A stretch of DNA of 63,925 nucleotides from Negaprion brevirostris (Eukaryota): the NCBI GenBank assembly GCA_030324005.1, contig JARDVH010000084.1:62929735-62993659 (forward strand). Reading direction: 5' to 3'. Both the position numbers and the translations under genes were made by a program. Below, one piece after another: positions 13,376-26,057 of the stretch (its first letter is position 1; the number at the start of each line of letters is the position of its first letter). The notes beneath the pieces were generated by a model. The model was given only the letters and a program-made list of their open reading frames with translations. It did no database searches and was not told where the DNA came from.

Positions 13376-14041
13376 TGGGCCTGAATTTTTTGCTCTTTGG
13401 GTGAGTGCACTTGGTGAGCCCAGAAGTGGGCGTGAAATGCACTTTGGGCAGTGTTGGGCCCTGGAACACGATTCCACAATGACTGATCAGTTAATAGGCA
13501 GCCTGTGTGAAACAGACTGGGAAAGGCTGGGGAGGTGGGCACTGATAAAAGGGAGAAGGTCCCTGTCGCTTCTAAAGTGCTCCGTCAGGAGGACAGCTGC
13601 TGTGGAGCTGTCTCAGAGTGCTGCAGATCTCTACAAAGTAAATAGTAATGGAAAAGCTGTGTGAAGACTGGCTGGGCAGCACACTCAAACACGAACCTCA
13701 ATCCCTGGACAACTTATTAAATTTTATTTTGGTTCTGACATTTCATCTCACCCTGGATTAGGAATGAAACTAAAACTGTAAAGGCTACCTGCTCAATCGA
13801 CCTGCCTGCCGACAATAAAAAGATGGAGCAAGTAAAATTGTGTTTAATTGTTCTCTCAATGGGCTAAATTGCCTGTTTCATTGCTGGCGGACATGCTTCT
13901 GACTCACACAAATGCCCACTGACTGAAATATTGCTTGAGTGCATGATGACATTGAAGTGTGTGCCCGATGTCTTCTCACAAGATCTCTCTTGTTTCCGAG
14001 CCAGGTGTGCGTCAGCTCAAGCGATGTAAAGTTTCTGGCCA
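13376..14041. mobile_element. Non-autonomous DNA transposon-like element
   Basis: tgggcctgaatttt ... aaagtttctggcca imperfect terminal inverted repeats. Confidence 0.5.
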
Positions 14042-14077
14042 CTGTTTTGTATTTTTAGATATAGTACCTATATAATA

Positions 14078-14416
14078 GTTGGCAATGGCCTTGTGGTATT
14101 ATTGCTTGACAATTAATCCAAAAACTCAGCTCATGTTCGAATCCTGCCACAGCAGCTGGTGGAACTTGAATTCAATAAAATAAGGTTTGGAATTAAGAAT
14201 CTACTGATGATCATGAAACCCATTGTCAATTGTCAGCAAAACCCATCTGGTTCACTAACGTCCTTTAGGGAAGGAAATCTGCTGCCCTTACCTGGTCTGG
14301 CGTACATGTTACTCCAGAGCCACAGTAATGTGGTTGATTGCCCTTAGGCAACTAGGGATAGGCAATAAATGCTGGCCAACCAGCAACGCCCATGTTCTGT
14401 GAATGAATAAAAAAAA
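14078..14416 (+). mobile_element. tRNA-derived SINE sharing its 3' tail with the LINE fragment at about 38075-38130
   Basis: gttcgaatcc B-box and a tagggataggcaataaatgctggcc...aatgaataaaaaaa tail. A related minus-strand head fragment lies at about 60360-60490. Confidence 0.75.
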
Positions 14417-14689
14417 TTTTCCCACAAGGTTCCTGACCAGCTATTATCATTTGTATCTCTGTAACAAATGTAACTGCCTTTTTTTATGAATGAGGATCAA
14501 ATTTAGACTTGCATGTTACAAAAGAGTTAGTTACTGACAAAGCATATTAATAGTTATGTGTCATTGAGATGGAGGCATGCACTCATGCTGCCTTCATGGT
14601 GGTCATATATGTCCATAGGAGTGACACAAATGATTGAGAAAACCAATTAGGTAAATGTAACCATTTTGCAGTAACATTTTCTTTCATCC

Positions 14690-15030
14690 AGTGTTTTGAT
14701 AGGGCAGGTAGAGAGGGACTGTTTCCACTGGCAGCAAGGTCAGTAATTCAAGGACAGACTTAAGGTGATTGGGGAAAGAGCCAGAAGGGAGAATGAGGAG
14801 AATTTATTTTATGAATTAAGTTCTTGTGATATTGAATTCATTGCCCGAAAGGCTGGAGATCGTAAGTTTAGCAGTCGCTTTCTAAAAGGAATTGGACAAA
14901 TATTTGAAAATGAAGAATGTACAGGGCTAAGGGGAAATGGGGGAGTAACAGTAATTGAACTGCATTTCCAAACACTGACACAGAAATTATGGGCTGAATG
15001 GCCTCCAATTATGTTCTGTAGCATCACACA
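14690..15030 (+). mobile_element. CR1 LINE 3' fragment
   Basis: Decayed ORF2 end followed by the atgggctgaatggcctcc tail. Confidence 0.65.
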
Positions 15031-16649
15031 ATTTAGTTCATTCTTACACCCAATGAAACTATAACTACTTTTATTAGCTTTTGGTCGCTGTCCTTTTTCT
15101 TCCAAATGCAATGCACAAATAGATGTTCAGGGGGTCCATGCAGAAGATTTGTACTTTGCTCTGTATCATCTCCCGTCATCTGAGCTGAGTTTCAATTTTC
15201 TCACGGAGTGATAGGAATGAACTTCCTCAATGACTCAGGTAATCACCCTCTGAACATGCACCTCAGCCAGCCACATGAATTACAATGAGTTGTCATCTAG
15301 TGGGCAAATGAACCGTGTTGCATAGAGCAGGAATTTTCCTTGTCTATGCCGAGTTGATGAGACTTACCTNNNNNNNNNNTGATAGGTCTCCTTGAGCTCA
15401 GAAAAGGAAAAGTCACCCAAGGATCCCACTGCTGATCTCCTTCTGAAAAGTGTGTGTGTGTGTGTCAGAGGCTGGGTGATAACAATCAATCAGGTACTGA
15501 GGACTTCTGACACTTAATTATACACCACGGGAAGTCGCCACCTTCAGGGTAGAGGGCAATAGAATAGCAGCAGTGGAAGTGGAATGGAAGAATGAAATTA
15601 GCTGTTACCAGTGGAGGAACCTCTGCTCTGTTAACCTGTAGCGTCTGCCCACATCCTTTGCCTTCAGATTTTCCCCATTCTATCTTTATTATTCATGCCA
15701 GTTGGCTCATTTTACTTAACACCTACATGCATGAGTTGGATTTTTCTCCATATTTCACATTCATTGTGAGTAGCACTCGCAGCTAAAAGCTCTTTGTTTA
15801 GGGAAGTGCATCATTTATAAAGGCAATTTGAGACCAGGGTAGGCCTGGCATCATTCACCATGAATTCCACATGCCAACTTTAAATAAAACTAACTTGAGA
15901 TGAAGTTTTATATCATATCCACTTCAGAGATGTTGCATTCCAAATGGCAAGAGGACCTATGGCCAGATTTTCTCGATTTGCACCTTCTTCATTTTGCCCA
16001 TTGTCCATTTTGTATGTTTGAGTGTGCATGCAAAACCTGGCACAGGCATAAAATGGATAGAGCATCTAATACATAGTGTAGTGCGTATTTTTAAAAATTC
16101 ATCTGTGGAACAAATGGCCAACACTTATTGCCCATCCTGAGTTGCCCTTGAACTGAGTGGCTTACTAGGCCATTTCTGAGGACAAGTGAGAGTCAATCAC
16201 ATTGCTGTGAGCTCTGGATTTGAACNNNNNNNNNNGTTTATGTATTAATGATTCAGGCTGTCACTGGACCATCACTTCCCTGATGCATGAAGCAAGGTAC
16301 ATCAGGAATGGTAGTTTTATAGTTCCTATACTGAACTGATTCTCCAGAAGTTATGAGTTTAATTCCCAGCATGGAAATTGAATTGAATTCTGATAGAAAT
16401 TCTCCTATGAAAACAAGATTAATGTCCTTAAAGAAAAGGAACTGCTTACTTGTCTGGCCTAAATGTGACTTTCATTGCATTATTCTCCCATCTGGGACTA
16501 AGTCTTGACAAAGGTGGGAATATGGTGTGTTTTCCATTACAGAGGTCAGAGGGAAGCCATGCCATAATCTTCCAGCCCCAACCTCGTTAATTATTCTTCT
16601 GTGGGTTTAATGCTGTATTCCGCAGTGGGGCAGGTATGATGGTTCTGGG

Positions 16650-17310
16650 TGTTATGTTGCAAAGGCGCCCAACATCACTGACTCACCATTGAAGAACGAA
16701 GATGGACCTCTGGAAAAAGATGATGGATCTCCAGGAGCACTCTGAGGCTGGAAGATAGACCTCCTTAGTGACACTGAAGCTGGAAGATTCACCTGACGAA
16801 TGCTTCCCTCCACCCACTGCTGTGCTGTTCCAGTGTCTAGGGTTGCTGGCAGCCTCCATCCTGAACACCAGGGGCAGCCCCAGGCATTGTACAGGCGAGT
16901 TCTGACTTCTGCATGCCTCATTGTTCCAGATGTGTTCTGGACCAGCGTGTTATCCCACTGATGCCACGGGGAATTGGGACTGCAAGGGATGATTCCTGTC
17001 AGACTTTCATCTGAAGCCCATTAGTGGGATGCAAATCACCTGGAAGGTGTCAGTGAACATAGCAAATAACATTATGCTGAAGTGGGCTGGTGCCAATATC
17101 AAGCCCTCTTTCACTCCAGTGGAGACGGGGAAGGGAGCCAAAGCCTTATTGTCGTCAAAGATGTGAGCCTGCGTACCCTTTTGGAACAGTTGAACCATCT
17201 GAACTAATTTGCCTGGGCACCCAAACGGGCTCACAATCTTCCAGAGCTCTTCACGGCTGATGGTTTTGAAAACTGTGGCTAGGTAAATAAAAGTGGTGTC
17301 CACAGCTGGT
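16650..17310 (-). mobile_element. RTE-clade LINE reverse transcriptase fragment
   Basis: ORF 17007-17303 reads FIYLATVFKTISREELWKIVSPFGCPGK...FPVSTGVKEGLILAPAHFSIM, matching RTE RT (FxDLxKAFDTVSR..LW..FGCP..GVKQGCVLAP.LF). Confidence 0.85.
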
Positions 17311-18198
17311 GAGCAGCAAACGCCACGTGAATGGTTCCCCTACCTTTCCTGAAAGCCTCTGATGCAAATAAGGAATATCTACTGAATGCTGTTATATGAA
17401 TAGAGTTTAGCTGGCAGCAGTGTAATATAAAGTTGAGGAATTTTGAGGATTATTGGCAGCAGAGGTCTACATTTTCCCTCATCTAACTGGCTGAATTCAT
17501 GTTTCCAGAATGTGCAGGATCAGATCCCCCCCTTCAATTGTGGGTTTCCAGCCTCTAAATGGCCTTAATTTGGAGAGGCTGCAGGGAGAGCAGTAAGTAG
17601 CAGGAGGTCACATAGTGACAAACACTGTCTCCAATTTGGGTGCTGGTTTATAGGGATTTATAGTCTAAAGGTGCAGAAAATCATTGAGTCATTGGGTGGA
17701 AATTTCCATGCAGTGGGTGTAATGGCAATCGAGATGGGACAATGTGGCAGGAGCTGAAACATCAGTTTCCTGTCGGTGTCCAATGACATGGGAATATGCT
17801 CGCCTGCTCATCATGGCAGGTCTCGCCATTCCCGCCAGAGACCAGCATGAATCCCTTTGCATCCCAGGGGAATCTGGTTTGGAACCGCAAAATAATTAAC
17901 AACCCCACCATGTTTGCATGCAGGACTTGTATGATTGTGTGAAACTTAAACTCATTTAAAACTGAAAACTAATGCACTTTTATTAGAAAGATGTATCATC
18001 AATGAAAGGCAATTTCACAATTTCTGAATGTAATCTGGGCTGGTAACCAAACTCAGATCATTTCAGTTAGTATTTTACCAACCACCTAGTCCTATTTGAA
18101 ACCGTGCAGTGTAAGCTATGATAGTTTCCCACCAGCAAGCAAAGGGTTTCAAACAAAACACCATTGGCAGGGTTAGTTGCAAGAATGGCAGCACTCAC

Positions 18199-18420
18199 AG
18201 AGGATGAGCAGGGTTGGGCCACTTTGGGAGCGTGTGGTGGAGAATCAGTCATCTTCGTGAGGACTGGCATTTCATCATCTGACACAGAGTTGGCAGGCTT
18301 GTCCTTGGCAGTGGTGGCCTGCTTGCTGGGCTCAGCAGGCTGAAGCTTTACAGGCACAGAGACAGGCATGATGATGGGCATGAGGTGATCCACCTCTTTA
18401 GGCTGCTTCTCTCCTTCATC
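18199..18420 (-). other. TRERF1: Isolated TRERF1-homologous exon (orphan exon or duplicated gene fragment)
   Basis: [66 protein letters not shown] matches recalled TRERF1 EEGEK...[20 protein letters not shown]...[17 protein letters not shown](VRMTLSPPHSP). Acceptor gtctgtacag| and donor |GTGAGT; 222 nt, phase 0-0. Confidence 0.8.
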
Positions 18421-20719
18421 CTGTACAGACAACCAAAGGCTTTCAGCCTCAGTTACAGAGGGGTCCTAGCAAAGCAACACACCTGAGACAGATCAGATAG
18501 GATCTAGCAGATTAATAAAGTAATATACCCTCAGTTTCTAAATGCAGTTGTATATTCAGTGAATTTTTTAAAATAGGTTGCAAGATGCTGCCATACGAAT
18601 GTACATACAAGTTAGAAATCTGTTGTACTTTGCATGATTGGCTTAGCTTCTGCAACGGTCATTTGGTTTTTATTTTCAACGTGGACATTTCTAATGGATT
18701 CCAATGTGCACTACTGATAACTAATATTCACTTTTGAGCAAATCCATGCTTTAAGTAAAAACATGCATGAAATTAAATAAACTGTGCTCACAAAGCACAG
18801 TACAGCACCAATGCATTATCCAAATATGTCAATCACACAAAATGGTTGTTCCAATAATAGTGCATCATATTTCTGTGCTCAAGGGAATTCTGAAAATGTA
18901 TTAAACCTTAAACTGGCCTTTCAGCTTCCATTCTAGTTCATTCTGGCACTTTTGGGGAGACTCTCCCCTCCTACTCCAGTTAACGTTGTCACACTTTCAA
19001 CATTCTTCCTTGGAAAGATTATGGCCCTTCTCATCATTTCTTCTGTTTCAATCTCCATCTTTCACATCCCACTGAACGAGCCTCAACATCATTCTAAACC
19101 ATGTCCTGTTGCTAATGAAAGAGAGCTCATCCATTATTTATTGTGAACAGGCACTCCTTATGAATTCCCACCTACAACATGTAACAGCAGGATTATTTCC
19201 ATTAGCCTTAGGGTTGTTGAATTAGCAGCACCAAGGGCAGGGCAGCTAGGTCCTGCTGAGTTTAATCAGAAAATGCAAACATGTTGTCAAAGNNNNNNNN
19301 NNNNNNNNNNNNNNNNNNNNNNNNNNNNNNNNNNNNNNNNNNNNNNNNNNNNNNNNNNNNNNNNNNNNNNNNNNNNNNNNNNNNNNNNNNNNATCCCATT
19401 GTCCAGAATTGTCTCCCCCTATCCAATCACCCCCACCGCCAATGGAATGTTCGGAATTTATCTGACCTATGTGACATGGGCATATTGGGACTAACATAGA
19501 AGGAAACCTGGGCAGCCCGCGAGGATTGGAAAATGGAGACCTCCAGTGACAGTGGATCCTGGAACATCACGTGGAGCAGTGGCTGGGCGGAACATCTATA
19601 ATGCGGATCTTCTGGCTGCAGGAGCTTCCATGAGGTGGATATTTTCCATCATCAGTGGATAAATTGATGTCCAGGCAGCTTTAAAATATGGCACCCATAT
19701 ATGACAGCGGGACACACATCATCCAGCCCACCCTGCCATGCAAATTGTCTGGAAACTTCCATCTGCATAATTAATTAGGCATCTCATGGTTTATTCCCAC
19801 TAGCTTCCATGCTGGGACACACTCCCAATGCCTGCCCTGCCACTGGATTTAGTCCTGGAATGGCGAGTTTAGATTCAGCAATCTTGCCTCAGTTGAAACA
19901 CAGTCTAAAAATGCAATCATGCCACCTTGGGCAAATATCTTGGGTAATACAGGATGTTGAATTTATTACCCTGTGGGTGCATTTCACAAGCGGCCTAAAA
20001 TCCTTCCATTACCAGTCACCGATAAACCATGACAGGTTGCTTTTGAAATAAAGTTGCAGTTTTCTTTATCAGAAAGGCATGATAGCCACACCATATACTT
20101 TGGAGGATGAGTCACAGTCTGTATGCACCATTCCAGTTGTGTCACCTGTACTTGATTCAGCCGACAGCATGCCAAGCTGCTGCCCATTTTTCCATTACAA
20201 TAAAGGTTATTACCTAATAGTAAAGAATGAATGGGCGTGTCTGAATTTGTCATTCTGAGTGTCGTCCTTATACCTGATTGATTAACATCTTCACTTCTGG
20301 AATGAAGAGTTACTGATTGTGTGTTGAAATCCACACATTGCTCAGTTTGTGACCACACNNNNNNNNNNNNNNNNNNNNNNNNNNNNNNNNNNNNNNNNNN
20401 NNNNNNNNNNNNNNNNNNNNNNNNNNNNNNNNNNNNNNNNNNNNNNNNNNNNNNNNNNNNNNNNNNNNNNNNNNNNNNNNNNNNNNNNNNNNNNNNNAGA
20501 TCTCCTCCCTCCACTATCTAACCCTAGATCCCCTCCCCCCACTAACTAACCCTATATACCCATCTTTCCATTCCGTTCTACTCCATGTACTTATCAGCCT
20601 TATTTTAGGTGCATCTCTGATACTTCAACTATCCTGCGTGGTAATGAAACCCACCAGCCTACTTTCACACCACCTGACTTTCTTGAATTCCTTATTTATT
20701 TGAGGTAGGACTAGGAAAT

Positions 20720-21375
20720 GCATTTGTAGAATCAGAATGATATAACCTAGAAGGAGGCCGATTGGGCCTGCAGTGAAAGCTAGCCAATTCGTCTCATTCG
20801 CACCACGTTCCCCCCCACCCCCTTCCCCCACAATCTTCTATCCAATTCCATGTTGAAAGTTCTTATTGAATCTATTCTACCCTACTTTAAGGTATGGAAG
20901 ATCACAACAACTCACTGTGTTAAAAAAAACACCTTAAAGGAGCTTCTGGTGTTTTGGTCAATCACCTTCAATTTGTGTCCCCTGCTTACTAACTGTCCTG
21001 CTCCTTAAAACAGTCTCTGCTCCTGTACCATTTATGAATTTGAACACCTCTATCAAACCTCCCTGAAATCTGCTCTGCACTATAAGGAGAACAACTTCAG
21101 TTTCTGTAGTCTGATGTAACAGGAATCTTTCATCACCAGTAACGTTCAAGTGAATCTTTACTCCATCCTCCCCAAAGCCTTGACAGACTTCCTAAAATGT
21201 GGTGCCCAAAGCGAACACCATGTCAGTGAATGATAAAGCTTGAGTATAACTTGCTTGCTTTTGTATTCTATGCCTCTATTTGTACTGCCATGGATCTAGT
21301 ATGTATAACAGTCACCTCAATTTGTTTTGTCACCTTCAAAGATTTGTTTATGGACATCCCAAATTCTTTCTGTAC
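20720..21375 (-). mobile_element. CR1 LINE 3' fragment
   Basis: GGLIEVFKFING remnant (ORF 20958-21149) and a CR1 tail. Confidence 0.65.
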
Positions 21376-21514
21376 AGCTACAGTGGGGTATACTTTCCCA
21401 TCGCAGGAAGGTCAGGAAATTTGACAGACCTCAGATGGGAATGTCTGATCTTGGGACGGCAAAGAATGGAAAATCCTATCCTGTGCCTGAAAACTGGCTA
21501 TCCAAAAGCCAGAG

Positions 21515-21841
21515 ATCACAGAATCACAGAATCCCCTCAGTGCAGAAGGATGCCATTTGGCCCATCAAGCCTGCACGAACAACAATCCCCCCAGGCCCTA
21601 TCCCCATAACCCCATGTATTTACCCTGTTAATCGCCCTGAAATTATGGGGCAATTTAGCAAGGCCAATTAACCTAACCCATAAGTCTTTGGAGTGTGGGA
21701 GGAAACCAGAATACTCAGAGGAAGCCCACGCAGACATAGGGAGAATGTGCAAACTCCACACAGTCACCCAACGTCAGAATGAAAGTCGGGCCCCTGGCAC
21801 TGTGAGGCAGCAGTGCTAACCATTATGCCACCATGCTACCC
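21515..21841 (-). mobile_element. HE1/V-SINE-type SINE (CR1-type tail)
   Basis: Full head, core and atgggccaaatggc...gattctgtgat tail. Confidence 0.88.
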
Positions 21842-22613
21842 ATGTCTGAAAACCAAACATTTTAACAAGATGCATAAATCTTAATTCTTCTGAAATGAGT
21901 AAAATTACTTACTGACACCTTTGGCCAGGTGTTGCATTGATGTGGTGATGTGACAGATTACTTATAGTCTTTTTGCATGTTCTGAGTGGTCTGAGGGACT
22001 CTTGCTCCAACTAACCTGGCTCGGCTCAATCAACCTAACCCAACCTGAACCTCATGACCCAAAAACCGGCAAGGTTTGAATTTCAGCCCAGACTTAGTCC
22101 CAAGATTGCCAGTTTTGGGACGCTGCATTGGTACCTGAGGTTCATTTAACATTGTACCTTTTAGTTCATATTGCCTCTCCACATTCTTCTAACCAAAATA
22201 ATTATTTATATAGTGCCTTCCTTAACCTAAGAGCATTTTAGAACGAATGAAGAACTTTTGAAGTGTAATTTCTATTGTACTGTAGAGAATACTGCTGCCG
22301 ATTTGCACACAGCAAGGTCCCACAAATAGCATTATGGTGGCCGAAATTCCCCGACCTGACCTGAGGCTGGAATTCTCCAGTCCCGCTGCAATGAATGGAG
22401 GAAGGGCTGAGCACCAAATTCTCCAGTTTCACTGGCGTTGGTGACTAGATAATTGCTTTTCGTGAATCAAGGACTAAATTTTTCTACGGCTTTATTATTG
22501 CTTTATCATCTGCAGTAAGTTATTGCACTGCAAGCATTGCCGAGAACTCTGCCGAAATTGACCATGAAAAGACAAAAGAATTGGCGCATCATTGAATGCA
22601 ATTCAAATAACTT

Positions 22614-22619
22614 TTTATT
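22614..22619 (-). terminator. Candidate poly(A) signal of the RGS2/13-like gene
   Basis: AATAAA on the minus strand about 1 kb after the stop. A proximal one occurs at 23574-23579. Confidence 0.45.
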
Positions 22620-23640
22620 GGTGACTTTCATTGGAACTACAGATGCAAGTTAATTGGAAAACAATTGTTCACAAAACAAACCAGAACACAATTCTGAAAA
22701 TAGCATATTTTTTTACATTTTAAATCAGATCTTTGAATCATTTAAGCCCCTCTTAAAGAAGTATTGTTTCATTCAGTATTCAGAGGGGACTTGTCCATCA
22801 TGCAGGATGGCATTGTCTTACATAAAGAAACACACAGACACACATTGCATTTTGTAGCTTATCACAGTTTAACATTGAAGTGATTGGCAGTGTTGCATGA
22901 TACAGAACCAATGTAACAAGAACTCAGGATAGTTAACCCTTTCCTTTGTAATAGCCAAGCCCCAAAACATTTTAACCTGTCAGTGGGAGTGTGCACCTGG
23001 TTAATCTTTTTAAACCTGACACCCAACTCTGTACTTAGAAGCACAAATCCAATCTTGTTAGAGATTTTAGATGCAGGTTGTACATTCTCCACTGCCAGAT
23101 AAACATGTTGCAAAATTGAGGTATTTAACTGTGTAAGTACACAAATCCTCACAATGGTGGAGGAATGGTATTCTCACGACGTTAATGCACTTTAGAGCAC
23201 CCTGCTAACAGATCCTCTCATTGCCCTCATTTCCTGTGCTCTCTGGTTCACCCTTTCTCCCAGGTCTGCTCCTCAAAGGCCCCAGTAAGTTACCACCTCA
23301 GCTGGCCAGGAGACTCTCAACCTTATTTTTTTGCCTTCTACTCTGTGGGCAGATACCTGGCCCTACTTGGCAGCCATCTGCAGTATTGCACACCAAGGCT
23401 GGAAGCTCAGCTCAGTTGAAGGCAACCGAGCCTTCTGCCTGCCATGGTTTTTGACAAGACTCTCTTGGTTCTCTCTGTCATGCTTTCTACATCCCAGGCT
23501 TGGCCTTTCTGTTCCGTGTCCTATCAGTTATGAGGACAAGCATTCTGGTGTTATTTGACATCACACCAAATACTTTATTCACAGCAGAAGATACACCTCC
23601 ATAAGAGATCAGCATCTGCTCTTGCGAAGCATAACAGCAT

Positions 23641-23826
23641 TCATGTTTCATGATGGTCATGGCTATTATTGAGTATGTTCTGGTAGATGTCTGACTGAAG
23701 GAACCTGCTGTAGCCATTGTTTTCCATCAGACCATAGATCTTCTTTTGTGCTGCTTCAAAACATGTGTAAGTTGGATGCTGCATGTTTTTAGTGACCGCG
23801 TCTTTGGTGTAGTAATCCAAATTAAT
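23641..23826 (-). CDS. R4-family RGS gene (RGS2/RGS13-like), terminal exon 5 (not in ORF track)
   Basis: Acceptor ttttcaatcag| then INLDYYTKDAVTKNMQHPTYTCFEAAQKKIYGLMENNGYSRFLQSDIYQNILNNSHDHHET*. Exons total 29+105+62+167+186=549 nt, i.e. 182 aa. Confidence 0.95.
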   Translation of the reverse strand: MNLDYYTKDAVTKNMQHPTYTCFEAAQKKIYGLMENNGYSRFLQSDIYQNILNNSHDHHET

Positions 23827-24115
23827 CTGATTGAAAAAAAATCATAGTATTCATTAGTGATTGGTTTACATCATCGAGGAACATTGAAGTATTTAATCCA
23901 CAGTAATTATTAACTATGTTTTGCAAAGAGAAGCTCAGACCAATGGTCATGTACTTATTGCCTTTGCATTGATATGAGGCTCAGTATCATGTGGCACATG
24001 CAGCCAGTATTGGCGGGCATTCGATTGGCATCGTTACTTCCTTAGACATTTAGGTTTGAACAGTTTTCTATGACGTAAGCCCCATAAAAAGTAAGGGCGA
24101 TAGGTCAGTAATTAC

Positions 24116-24282
24116 CTCTTTTGGAGACATTGGTTCAACAAAATCTGAGAAGATCTTTCTTGCTTTGCAGGCTTGTTTTGTGGGTGACTTAATTTTCTTG
24201 TAGTCCTCACAAGCTAGCCAGAACTCAATGTTCTCATCATTGTACTCTGATTTGAGGAAGGTTTTAAAAGCAATCAGGCCAT
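24116..24282 (-). CDS. R4-family RGS gene (RGS2/RGS13-like), exon 4
   Basis: 167-nt exon with AG/GTAAT boundaries. Encodes [55 protein letters not shown]. Confidence 0.97.
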
Positions 24283-24939
24283 CTAGAAAGAATAAAGGAA
24301 ACAAAGCATTAGTCACTGTTGCAACTTTATTCCTTTGTCACAGTGATTACATTACACTGAAAAACCTACACTAACAATATTAATCTATAATGTTTACCCT
24401 ATTGATTGATCCCAATATCTTTGATTATTGCTGTATTGAGTCTATACTGGGGCCAGTTAGCTCAACTGGTAGGGTACCTAGCATGGAGCTTGGTCAACAG
24501 CATGGAGTTTGATCCACTTGTAGCCTGCCTCTGTGCCCTACCCATAGTAAACAACATGGCACTTTGCCGTAGTTCAGAAAATAAACACTAAGGAAATGCT
24601 TTCACAGAGAACTCAAGAACAATTCTACGCTGTAGGCTAATGCAGCCTTTCCATTTTGTACAGGTGGCTGCAATTTTGACATATGGAACAAGATTTGCAA
24701 TGCCACATATTGCTAAGGGACGGAGAACAATGTTATTACTTATAATGAGAAATATTTTGATATTAATATCATTTTCCTTAACTTATTACCATTTCAGTGA
24801 ATCTTTGCTAAATTAAGTCATACTTTCTTCTTGAAGACCCATATTTAAGAGGCAGGGTTGTGAGGAATTGTTTATCTGTAATTATTTCATTTTAACAAGA
24901 GAGGGATAGTCTAGAAAGCTACATGTATAAGCTGCTTAC

Positions 24940-25001
24940 ATTTATGAGCCAGTAGGTTGTCCAGAGATTCAGCCCACTTCAATACTTCTTCATGGGAGGG
25001 A
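24940..25001 (-). CDS. R4-family RGS gene (RGS2/RGS13-like), exon 3
   Basis: 62-nt exon with AG/GTAAGC boundaries. Encodes (N)PSHEEVLKWAESLDNLLAHK(Y). Confidence 0.95.
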
Positions 25002-25229
25002 CTGTGGATAAAGTAGAAATAAAATAAATATTGATGCTTTTGCTTGAGAATAGATTATGANNNNNNNNNNNNNNNNNNNNNNNNNNNNNNNNNNNNNNNN
25101 NNNNNNNNNNNNNNNNNNNNNNNNNNNNNNNNNNNNNNNNNNNNNNNNNNNNNNNNNNNNAATAAATAGTTCTTACATTTTACTTAAACCTCAGAGAGCT
25201 CTGAAGTGTAGTTAATCACAGTAACTTAC

Positions 25230-25334
25230 TTCAACGTTAGTTTTGCGTCTCTCGATTTGACTGTCATTTGTTCAGAAGCATCAGTCTTCTGATGATGCAA
25301 AAGGTGCGAACATCGGTTCTTCAGCCCTTTAATG
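25230..25334 (-). CDS. R4-family RGS gene (RGS2/RGS13-like), exon 2
   Basis: Acceptor ttttcttttacag| and donor AA|GTAAGT; 105 nt, phase 2-2. Encodes IKGLKNRCSHLLHHQKTDASEQMTVKSRDAKLTL. Confidence 0.88.
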
Positions 25335-26057
25335 CTGTAAAAGAAAATCATTAACATTAAGAATAACGCAGGAAAACCACTGCAAGTGGCCTTGTATTGT
25401 ACTTGCATTAACTATGCAGCATTAGTTATCACATATCCATCTTATTCCCTTTCTAGCTCAACTTTAAGAGCAACACTTACTGATGTCCCCTCGCAAGTAA
25501 ATGAGCAAAGAAGTAAGATAAAACTCAGTGTTGTCTCCAAGAGCCACGCGACACAATATCTACCCATTTCCTCAAATTAATTTTCAGCTTAATGCTATAA
25601 GCATTGTTTTTGTACCAATCATTTTTGGTTTGCTTTTTTCTTCAAAATGTTAGCGAAGCACTGGACTAAAACTATCGTTGTGCAAGATTCTGGCAGATTA
25701 TCTTGACTGCCCTTACTTATGCACAGAAACAATGAGGGACCTTTGTGCCCCAGACAAGCCGGTTGCCTTCTGATATCTCAGCCAAGTGGCCACTAATCAC
25801 GCACACAGCTTATCACTGAGTGCCGGCAGGTAATGGCAAAATCCCAGCCAAGTTTGATCCACTGCTCACATGACACCCTGTCCAGCTAAATAGGCTGGGC
25901 AAGAGTTTTGAAAATGCAAAAATTTTTTCGCACAGCATGCACTAGAAGAACCTCAGTATCTTATGTATTTGCCAAAGTACCTGACAAATATACAAGTAAC
26001 TTTACGGAGATCTGCGCAACAACCAGTTTGAGGTTTAAAAGATTACTTATTACTTAC

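Noticed and set aside
18067-18432. Stand-alone 121-aa gene or processed retrogene
   Set aside because: The ORF starts at a TTG within a splice acceptor, and homology is limited to one exon bounded by AG/GT with intron-like flanks. It is neither a full gene nor a spliced retrocopy.
1-22600. A third RGS gene (canonical RGS2) downstream of the second gene
   Set aside because: No RGS-box exon was found by eye in the readable sequence; it may lie outside the window.
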